Both the position numbers and the translations under genes were made by a program. DNA of 64,000 nt from Azolla caroliniana. Its lineage: Eukaryota > Plantae > Polypodiophyta. Location: assembly GCA_043228905.1 (NCBI GenBank), contig JBHGNT010000010.1, positions 18,848,001-18,912,000 on the forward strand. The letters are read 5' to 3'. Positions 12,166 to 44,037 of the stretch are shown here, one piece after another. The notes below the pieces were generated by a model. It ran no database searches. It worked only from the letters and a program-made list of their open reading frames with translations, and was not told the DNA's origin. Numbering within the stretch: the first letter of the stretch is position 1; each line of letters starts with the position of its first letter.

Positions 12166-12960
12166 TCCCTAGGTCTACTATATGCCAACAACCAACAATG
12201 TCATTCATGCAAACGAATGGTTTTTTCAGTAAGACGTCTATTTGATCGTCCGGTCTGAGGTTCAATGACTGCCAAAATGCTGACCTAATGAATGCCTTAC
12301 GAAAATTGTCTTTGATTTTGTATTTTAATAGGAAATCGGTATCCTTTTATGTACACATATTGAAACCTTCAGTCAGTGTGTGCGTGGGTGTGGTTGTACC
12401 TTTTGCTTTAATAAAACACATATACCCATGTATTTATTGACAGATGATGATTAAACTCACTGAATTACGCTAAAAACTAGTTCACCATCTACAATGCAAG
12501 AGATAAGAACGACACCTTTATGAATTGCATTAGCGCATCACATGACAATGGAAGTTGATTTGTTAACCAAATGTAGTATAAGACACATCAAACCAATTGG
12601 GATTCATTGCCACTGAGAGGCTTTCAGAGTTATAGCATCTTTATAGGATATTCGGTATATTGTACACCTGTACAGTCAAAAGTGGCTCCTAATGAGCTTG
12701 CTGGCGAATGTTGGTGGCAACAAGGGCACTGATGACCAGAACTCTTAAAATAGAATGAGCAAATTCACAAAATCATCATACATGTTTATTTTACAGTAAA
12801 AATATGAATATTTAAATATGGATTGAGCCCAACTTCAAGCATACATGATGTACCTGTTATTATCACTATCTCTAATTTCCCTTTATCTTACAATTGGCAC
12901 TCTCAAGTATGGATCAATGCTACTGCAACTTCGATAAGAAATTACAGGCACGGGTAAACA

Positions 12961-33955
<20,995 letters not shown>

Positions 33956-34003
33956 ACTCTGTCTATCTTGTGTCTTTCAGACACACACGCACACAGAGGG
34001 AGT

Positions 34004-34045
<42 letters not shown>

Positions 34046-34139
34046 GAAACTGCAATGGCTTATCTTGGGTAAGCTGAGCTGGTGGTGGTGGTGGTGGAGA
34101 GCTGCTTCAACATCCATCAACAAACACCAAGCAAGCCAG

Positions 34140-34682
34140 AGGCAGACAGCCTTTTTGGAAATCCCCTGTCCCTACCCCCCTCCCCCTGTTCCTGCCCCTG
34201 TTGTTCCTACCCCCCTCTGGCCCTGCCCAAGCTTGAAGCCAGAAGGCCTTTTTGGAAATCCCTTGCTCCTGCCCCTCTATCCCTGCCCAAGCCACACAGC
34301 CTTTTTGGCAATCCCCTGCTCCTGCCCCTCTGTCCCTGCCCAAGCCACACAGCCTTTTTGGCAATCCCCTGCTCCTACCCCTCTATCCTTGCCCAAGCCA
34401 CTCAGCCTTTTTGGCAATCCCCTGCTCTTGCCCCCTGTCCCTGCCCAAGCCACACAGCCTTTTTGGCAATCCCCTGCTCTTGCCCTTCTGCCCCTGCCCA
34501 ACCCAAACCAACAACCTTTTTGGAAAGCTCTTGCTCTTGCTCTCGCCCCTCTACCCTTGGTCCTACACCTCTGCCCCAAGCTAGATAGCAAGGCCTTTTT
34601 GGAAATACCCTGTCTTTATAGAAATCCCATGTCCAAGCCGGACATAAGGCCTTTTTTGGAAACCCCCCGTCTCCTGCCCCTC
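34140..34682. repeat. C-rich minisatellite, ~53-nt unit, ~9 copies, just upstream of PHYLLO
   Basis: cctttttgg recurs at ~34150, 34247, 34300, 34353, 34406, 34458, 34515, 34594 and 34650. Confidence 0.92.
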
Positions 34683-36037
34683 AGGGGTATCCTCCCAATT
34701 TTACATCTCAACTTGGCTTACATTGCCCACCACCGTTTTCACACAAGACACCTCCTCGATTGGTTGCTTTCGTGTCTCTGCCCTCTCCACCTCCTCCTTC
34801 ACATAGTTGTTGTTCTCTTTCCTCCCATGGCGGGGGTGAGCAGTGGTGGAACTATGAGGAGTCTCCTTCATGGATTTCAGCAAAAAAGTTGCAGCTCATC
34901 CTATACCCCCCCAAGAACATATTGAGTCCGATGAACCACCCTACTCTTAAGTCAAGTCATAAGCTAAATTATAAAAAGTGTTTGCCTTTCAAGTTGGAGA
35001 TCTTCTATGGGTGTGAAAGTTTGCATTTCACGCCCACTTTAGATTGGAAATCCAAACTTCAATCTATACTCTGTGGTGGATTGATGCCCCTTCACCTTGC
35101 CTCGAAAAAGCAAAAATAATAAATTAATCAAGATGCAGAGTCATTAAGAAAAGTCAATGTTGGTTCTATATTTAGGATAAATAATAAAAGCATAACATAT
35201 TTTTCTTTCAAGAATGGGAACACCTCTCCACCCTCCCTTGACTTTGGAAGACTACAACCCATCAATACAACAAATGAAGAGATGCACCATGATTGCACTC
35301 ATTTGGTTGAGGAGGATGCTAAATATTAGTTCTATTTGTACTTAGCCGGACTAGATGTTCGAATTAACAAGTGATAGAAGGAAGGGAATTTGTAAAACTT
35401 ATGAAATGGTTGTATTCCCTTGGGGTGAAATGAGACAAAGACAACTGCACTTAAATGATGAAGAGGCATAAAAGCTAATGAATAAGCTCCTCTCAAAGGT
35501 TTGTCTTCCATTATTGTAGATATTGTTCACTTCTATTATTTGCATTTAATTGAATTGATCTTAGAGTACTTTTTTCCCACTTCAGTATTTTGAAGTGACT
35601 TGATTAATTTCTTAAATAGAGTAAGTTGTCTCTTAAATTAATATTTTTTAAGAGACACGTTAGAGGAGTTTGCTCTAGTGATTTGTCCAAACATTAGTAG
35701 CATATGAACAATTGACGATTCTTCCTAAAGCCATCGACAATAGGATAGAGTATAACCCAAACTTGTGTGTAAACTCGATGATGAGGCATAACAACCCAAG
35801 ATTAAGGCATTTGCTTGGTATTACTCACAATGAGTTCACAGAAAACTTAATTCAAGTGGTAGCAATGCCACAACATACAATGCCCACAAATCTCATAAAC
35901 GACTCTCAACTAACTACAACTCAATGCATTATAGATGACCAAATACAAGTAAATGCTCAACCTTACCCTTGACAACCAAATGTAAATTCCATTTGCTAAC
36001 ATATAGTAAATAAATTCAAACCATGGGTAATAACACA

Positions 36038-36098
36038 CGTCCAACTTGATGCATGTGTTAGGCATATTGCTAGCGTTCATTCCAGGCCAAGATCAAGC
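36038..36098 (-). pseudogene. Degenerate 5' end of an organellar/bacterial-type SSU rRNA (NUMT/NUPT fragment)
   Basis: Reverse complement cttgatcttggcctggaatgaacgctagcaatatgcctaacacatgcatcaagttggacg resembles the conserved TTTGATCCTGGCTCAG.ATGAACGCT.GCG..ATGC.TAACACATGCAAGTCG.ACG. Confidence 0.75.
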
Positions 36099-36291
36099 CC
36101 AATTCATTAGTCAATCCCTGCCATACGAGGGAGGCAGGTTGATGATCTCTTAGTAAGTTATTAGCCAAAGCTAATAACCGTAAGCGGAACGACCACTGAC
36201 GAGGCTAATCATCCTACATTCCGGATACTTTCCCGGCCAATGCAACTGCCGAAGATGCGGAAGATAAGGGTCGGGATCCTAATAGACCAAA

Positions 36292-36352
36292 GTTAGAATT
36301 AGAATTAGAATTTTTATCGTCCATAAAGAGGCCAATTTTGACCTATGGGACC
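36292..36352 (-). mobile_element. LINE 3' end with a (TTCTAA)n tail
   Basis: Reverse complement ggtcccataggtcaaaattggcctctttatggacgataaaaattctaattctaattctaa has the same architecture as the other LINE tails. Confidence 0.65.
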
Positions 36353-37761
36353 AGAGTATACGTGTGTTCTTGATATATGTCTCCTTCCTAAGAAGGGGTA
36401 TTCATATGTTGAAGCACAAAGTCTCTATGTGTTAATAAAGCATACACATATGAGCTCAACCTTCTAGGTGGTGTCTTAAGTTATCACACCCTCTTAGTAT
36501 GTCAACATATCTTGAACGAATTGCACTATATGTCGAGCATGTGAAGAGCAAGTGACATTCATCCTCTACCATGCCTTCATTGCATACTTTACATGTCTTC
36601 AAATTCGTTACATTTTGATACCATGATGCAACTTCAATACCTAACTTGTGAGATCAAGTGCGAAGTAGTGTAAGGGCTCTACGAGCATTGCTACTCATAT
36701 TGGTAATGAGATAAGGTTGGATACAATCAATAGACATTCTTGCTTTATATTGAGACCAACATTCAGGGTTGACATTTGGAATGTAGTATTCTAGCTTTTT
36801 GGAAAAACTTCTTATTGTAGTTATAGTTTTGTAATAAGGAGAGAAAACATGACACATGGTGAACTTGATTTAGTGATTGCAAAAAAAGTCCATTGTACGA
36901 GATCATCACAAACATTATTGAATACATTGTAAGGAATGGTGGATTCATGCCACTCCATTCTCTTGTCATCATAAAAAGCATTGTCCAATTCTTTTATTTC
37001 CTTACAATAATAAAATCCAGTAAGATAACACATTGTTGACTAGGGTCATTACATACATGCACATGTAAGTTAATGATTAACTTTGAAGAAACATACAAAG
37101 GAGCTATTCGCGAATAGAATTTTTGAAATTTGAAGAAGCCAATGAAAATAAAGATGAAGCAGTTACCTTGAAACTCAAAGAATGAACACAACCAAACAAA
37201 CTAAGAATCTAGCAAAGAGTGTGCAAGCTTTTCCATTTGCCTTACACACTGCTCTACATAATAGCCCAACTTTAAGTTTTGAAATCTTGCCTTTCAGATG
37301 GCATCATGTAGTCATTCTCCCCCACATTCACAATGTCATTTGGCTTCATGTATGTTGGCCCATGCTAAATACATTTCTCTAAAATAATGCACAAGCTAAT
37401 ATGTAGCTTGTGGCTTTTGATATGCTTCGATAAGTAATGGCAATGCATTTGAGATATGGTTGAGAGTTGTTGTAATTTGGGAGTTCACACAAAACACATT
37501 TCTCTAAAATAATGCACAAGCTAATATGCAATTTGTGGTTATTGATATGCTTTGATAAGTAATGGCAATGCATTTGAGATATGGTCAAGAGTTGATGTAG
37601 TTTGGGAGTCCACAAGCATATTGAATGTGATGTGACCTTATGGCCACAATCTAGAGCTAAAAAACAAGGTCATCACAAACTTTCTCTTGTTCTCTAATGG
37701 CATCACAAGCACCAAGTCATTCTTGTTTGACCTGTGAATGCAAACAAAAGGGTTTTGGAAG

Positions 37762-38035
37762 CATAGAACGTAATATTTGCATTCTTTTGCTCAAACATTC
37801 ATTTTCATACATTTGCAATCGAATGCATATGTTATGAAAACATACTTATTATTATTTTGGCATCGTTAGATTTTTTTCAGTTTTTTATCTTACAAAAAAA
37901 GTTTTACCTTATAATAAATCATGAATATAAAAGTGTGGTATTTACCATACATACTTCAAGAGCATTTACCATACTCAAATGATTGAAGCATATTCAAATG
38001 TGAATGCACGTATGGTAGATATGGTTCATACTATG
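37762..38035. mobile_element. hAT-type MITE
   Basis: Ends CATAG...CTATG, flanked by an 8-bp near-duplication tttggaag/attggaag. Homologous to 6608-7607. Confidence 0.7.
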
Positions 38036-39454
38036 ATTGGAAGCATTATTATGGCAAAATCTTCATTGTTGCTTCCAACATTGGAAACTGACTTAAATGA
38101 TGTACACAAGATTGCAAAGATAGTCTGAATACTACAGCAAAGAATGTTTTGTTTATCATACAATTCATATCATTTTTATTTACATAAACTACTAATGGTT
38201 CATGGTCACAAAAGCCTGTTGGGTTACTGATCAATATACCTTTTGAGTATACCCATTCCTAAGCAAGTGTCACTAACAATGGGATTGCATGAGTCAACAC
38301 TGGCAAGAAAGGGTATGTTTGAATTTGTCAACAAAAAAGGGGATAAACTATTGACATTATTAATGAACTGGATATCCAAATTGCACATTCAACCAACAAC
38401 TAAGTGTACGGGTCAATGAACCAATTATGACAGCATTCATATTTCATGTGGATCATAGAAAGAAGCCAAGTTCACAAAATTAGGCATATACAATGCCGCA
38501 TATACAATAGTAATTGAAAACTAGGATCGAATACAAAACATTGTTAAGAATCAAGATCAGCCATAGAGTTAATCAGACAAATTGTTAAGAAGTTTCCATT
38601 TGAGAAACATGTTTTAGGAGCCCCTGTACTACTGCTGAGAAACAATTCTGAATTAATACATAAATTTGCAACTTGTATTCATAACAATTATAATCTGCCT
38701 AGGAGCTTTTTTGGAAACCAAGGCCATGTATTGCTAGGATACGAGGAGACCTTCCACCTATAGACTATCCTAGTCTTGTTTTAAACATGAAGAAGATTAA
38801 AGCTTAAATATCTTTCTGCAACTACTGTGTGCACGAAGAAAGCCTCCAATGACCATTGTAACAACTTCTTGCAACTATAGCAAAGAAACTTGTTTGAAAA
38901 TTTTCAGATTGTCATTTTACCGAATCAAAATCCAGCAAGCATGTGAGGATGAGGTCAACCATAGTCAAGTTATATGACTGTTTTTAAAGTTTTCACACAC
39001 TAGCATGGGGTTCTACTACTTTACAGTGTTCTTAATTAGCACATAAAATCCAAAAGTAATGAGCACTGGAGAATCCCCAGGATCATATACTTCCGATGAT
39101 ACATACCTTAAGGTTTTTGTACATCAACAAAGATCCTACGATACTGTCATTGCATCAGAATTGTGAAAATGAAAAAATTTTAAGATTTTAAGAAATGGGA
39201 AAACTTCAAAATACCCACGTTTTATCTATTTCCTTGAATGTACCTGAGTTTTCTTTATTTTCTCAAACATCTTTTGTCAACCACTTTTTGAGCAGTTTTT
39301 TCTCTTTTTCCCCTTTTGCGGATTGACCAAGGGTGTATGGGAAAACAACAAAAGCTTAGGAGCATTTGGGGAAACAAAGAAAACTTGGTTATTTCATAGT
39401 TTTTCCCGAAAACAATGACACATACCTTTTCAGGGAAGTCCACTTAATGCTGCT

Positions 39455-42400
39455 TTAAAAATTTCTCAAAGGATCATCATTTGTAGGTCCACCCAAATCA
39501 CGTGATCTGGAAGCGGATATGACACTAAGATCATGATTTAGCAAAACGAGCGCATCCTCACACTCTGCTATGAGTTTGGAGACAGAATTTGCATCCATGG
39601 GCGTTGTAGAGTTATCCTCATTAGAGAAATCAGACCCAGCAGCAACAGCAGCATATGAGTCTCTCAAGTTTCTGAGACTACGAAGTAACTGCATAAATAA
39701 TCTATTTTAGTAAAGCTTTGCTAATTAGTTTTTCCTTCAAATAATATGGATGATTATATGCAGACTCCAGATTCATAAACTCAAATTGATTATGATGCTA
39801 CAAGAAGGTTGCCCAGCATCTGCAGTTGCAAAATATAGTGATGTTGCTCAACTATTCCCTGGAGTGAGTGGAACCTAGTAGTGTTTGATGTAAAGAGAAT
39901 TGATAGTCCCTGCAGAGAAGTGATTCATTTGATTTCTTCAAAGGTCGATGATTTCCTTTGTCTAAAAGCATCTATCTATCTTGCAGAAATATGATTAGGC
40001 CTCTAAGATTCAAGAGAAATTTGTCTAAAATCTGTGAGGAACAACTTAAGAAAATGATCTATGCGACCAAATGAGAGGTGAGAGGCTTTGGTCCAGAGAT
40101 TTATGGGCTATGACAGGCACGTGAAATTCCTAGTCCCAAACTATTGTAACACCTACATGTGTAGCCTTTGATTAATTTGGAACATGGGGGGGGGGGGGGG
40201 GGGGGGGGGTGATGGTGATAAAGAAGGTTGTGATGGTTCTTTGCTCGTAAGGTTTTGTGGCTACATTGTTGACCTCAAACTTCTCTTGGGGTCTCTTGAT
40301 TTTTAACAAGAGCGGTCCCAAGCATCATTGGTTTTCTTATTCCATTACCTTGCAGAGTGCACCAAAGAGGCACTGGCGCTACCCTCTATTTCATGAAAAA
40401 TAGTAAACCTAGTGCTCCATTGATTCCACCAAATGATAGCACAATTGACAGATCCTTTCCTCCAAAGCTTTGCGTGCATATCTACATGCCTCAATTTCTA
40501 ACTGATATCAAAAGTTCTGACCTGCCTGTCATACTACAGAGCACATCAGAAATCTATATCCATATGAGACGGCTTGAGTATAAATCCATCTTACGATTAG
40601 TGCAAAAAGAAAGGCTAATTGTGAGCCATCTTCCTACCAAGAGACGTACTGGACGGTGTTTCATCTCTCAAAATATCGAAGTCAAGTGTTCAAGCTAGCT
40701 CATCAGGGAAGGTGTTTCATCTCTCAATATCAAAGTCAAGGGTTCAACCTGTTGGCATAAATGGAATGCCCAGACTTCCCTCATCTTTGACTTACATTCT
40801 AGATTGCATAGTCATATCCGCTGTTTGAGAGATCAACTTTGCTAGCAATTCAGCACCATATCCTACACATGTCTTATTATCAAGGATGATTTTCTCCTTG
40901 GTATCCACAGTCTCTTAGGTTTCGTTATTAGACATAGTTTTCTGGGACTTTTGTACAATTTTTGCATGTGCTGGCATCATTGGACTATTCAGAATGCCTT
41001 CATCTGCAGGCATCATTGAACTGATTAGGATGTCTTCATCTTTGATTCCCATTCTGAAGTGCAGACAGATCGGCTGTTTGAGAGGTCTCCTTTCAGCAAT
41101 ATAGCCTATGCATGTCTTATTACTAAGGATGATTTCTCCTTGACATCCAGCTGTGTCTTAAGCTTCTTTGCTAGACATGTAATTGTTTTGTGACTAATAC
41201 AGTTATTCATTATGGAAAAACAAATATAGGATTGCTGTGCTCACCTTGAGCAGAAGCTTGTATGATTCTAGTAAACGGTTTGCTGCAGGGCCTAAACCAT
41301 GCAACTGGGGTATCTCCATCATGTGAGTCCAAGGACAGATTTCCTGATACCAGTTACACCAAAGATGAAATTAGGAATACCACTTATATTTATTTTATGG
41401 TTGAAGTTAGATAATTGGGCGTTTGGTTTTCATTGTTTTAGAACATGTTTTAGATAACTATAAATAATTTTGAGCAAGATGATTGGAGCTTCCTGTCCCA
41501 AAACATTATTCCTTGGGATGTCACTGAGTATAAACATTGGTTGATTAAATACTTACAGGATTGCCATCAAAGACCATAAGGGTCTAATACATCCTTATAA
41601 CAACTAAAGGACAAAATGCAAAATGCTAACTGGAGAACGGAAGGTATCAAGACTGTTCAACTGTAACTTAGAAGAAGAGAACATTCTTCATTTTTTCTTA
41701 AACGGTCTCTGCCTTTAGAAGCTTGTACATATGCTGTATAATTTTATAGCTTTTCAATGGACCTGGTTGTTGGGAGGACTAGGGAAGAGATTTTAGCAAA
41801 TAAGCAATCATTATAAGGTAAAAAACCCCATACCTTTGTGTATATAGTGTTAAATGACTTCACTGTTTGTAGAAATGTTTCTAACTGCATTTGTAACTGA
41901 GACTCTGCTGCTGTATGATCTTCAACTGGATTGTAACTTTGCTAAAACATTGTAAGGCAAGTTATCCTGCTATGTCATCAAGTAATGTACTAGCTTATGT
42001 TTTGAGGTTGCAATACCTTTGCAGCGAGTTCATCTACAAATTGCTGTAGGCTTGCAAGTTGCTTCATGTTATCCGAGAGTTTATTTTCTAAGTCAGATAA
42101 AGCTGGTCTGCATACAAACCAGCAGAAAGCATAGCTCATCAATATTAAAGATAATTTGCTTGTAATGAGAAAACTCAAAGATTAGCACTTACACAGAATA
42201 AAGCTACATGAGATGTAGGAAGGTGTGAAAAACACTTACACTGGAAAACTGGACTGAATCTGGACATCAGCAGGAAACAATCTACACTCATCAGAAAATA
42301 TCTGTGCTTGTCTCTCTGCTAACGCATCTACAAGCAAAATATCTTTTGCAACCTGGTCATCTACGCTGTATACACAGAATGAGGTCTTCAGTCAAAAGAA

Positions 42401-43978
42401 AAAACATAAAGGATGCTCGGTTAGATGCAGAGACCAATGAACATGAGTGTTCATCTGCTCATGCCATGTATGATTACCACCTCATTTCCAAATCGTGTAT
42501 ATTTAATAAGAAGTCATGGGGAACTGAAACTTGAAATATTAAAAAGCAGTTTCACCTCCATTCCGGATTATCTGCAAAACAGCTTGCCTCTACTAGGTCT
42601 ACAATAAGACGAAGCATTTCAGCACGGTTTTCATAAGTGCCTCTTCCCTGAAAGTTCAATGAATGTATAAAAGATATGTCTGTAATGTTTCAGGGAGAAT
42701 GAACATATGTAACCATGTGTGTAACATTTCCGGGTTGACAACAATGAAGAAAAATTAGCAAAAAATGAAGTGCGTGAGTAAATGTGAATGATTATGATTA
42801 TGTCCATGCACCTACATAGTAAAACTTCTCTTGGCAAGGATGCTTTGGAAATTCTAACTAGGTATTTCTAGCCTTACAATAGCTCCTAGAACATGGCATG
42901 AAGCAAAAGAATGATGTCCATGCATATTGCTAGTACAGACAGATTTTAAAACTAAAACAATTATGATGGGACATGTTTCAATATTGACTATCTAATATCA
43001 ATACATCAATACTTGATTTAGGTACACGATGAGACAAAATTCAAGTACAAAGATTATTCATAATATTGTAGGGCGAAATATTTTCTAAATTGTATGAATG
43101 TGAGCTTGAAAATTTTACCTGGATCGCTTCCGTATCAATTGAGGGGGTCAAGCCTAGAAACTTGGCTATTTCAGCTAAATCTGTACAGCGAAAACGGCAT
43201 TGAATTTATGATTCAGAAAAAGAAATCTGATCTTATTCATGATTCACTGAATAAATATGGAGGAAATAACAAATCTCTCCTTCCATGACACACAAAATCT
43301 GGTTGCCTTCAGCGTTCAACAAATTCACAGGTTGTAACAACAGACAGTCCACAGTCCCTCTTGGACTCTGTCATAATGCACAATCCTCAAAAATGCTGTA
43401 AAGAACGTTCATGGTACATTGCATAAAAGAGATTCACAATTTTTAGCATGCTTTCAATAGCTTAAGATCAGCATCTTCTGGAAGCTGAATATAATTTACT
43501 GTCTTATGTATCTCACATTTACAAACTCTAGCATTATCATTCCACCTAGTTATCTATTACTTGTCGATGGTGAAGATAAATTCCAAAACCATATCCATGT
43601 GTACAAATTCCTCTCTTTATACCACGTACTCATTTACAGATAGAAAGGCTTCATGACATCAAACGTTGGATTTCTATATTGGTTAAAGCTTATCTTTCAG
43701 ACATATGCCAAACATGAGAATTGTATGCCTCAATTGAAATGGTAAAACTGTTGCAACGTATTCTTCCAAGATTTTGTAATAAAAAACCTTCTATTCAAAA
43801 AAGAAAGAAAGCAAGAAGGGGAATGAAAAAAGAACTCTTAACAAATTGCAAGATTTAATACAAGAGAGGTATACATTGAATGCGTGAAGCTTCTTCATCC
43901 CGGTCAGTGTTGTCACCATTTGACCCCTGTTGTGTGAATGGTGACTTATCTCCAAGGAGTCTAGACAGAGGAAACAAT

Positions 43979-44037
<59 letters not shown>

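Noticed and set aside
34140-34682. CRISPR-like array
   Set aside because: Whole units are repeated with no unique spacers; the context is eukaryotic and there are no cas genes.
36190-36275. Canonical hammerhead ribozyme
   Set aside because: CUGACGA and GGC/GCC are present, but GAAA is GAAG, no consistent stem I/III with an NUH site was found, and CUGACGAG can pair in an alternative stem. Kept only as an unexplained structured island.
40185-40209. Poly-G run as a functional G-quadruplex
   Set aside because: It falls within a decayed LINE copy at a position where other copies have a short C run; slippage or a sequencing homopolymer error is more likely.
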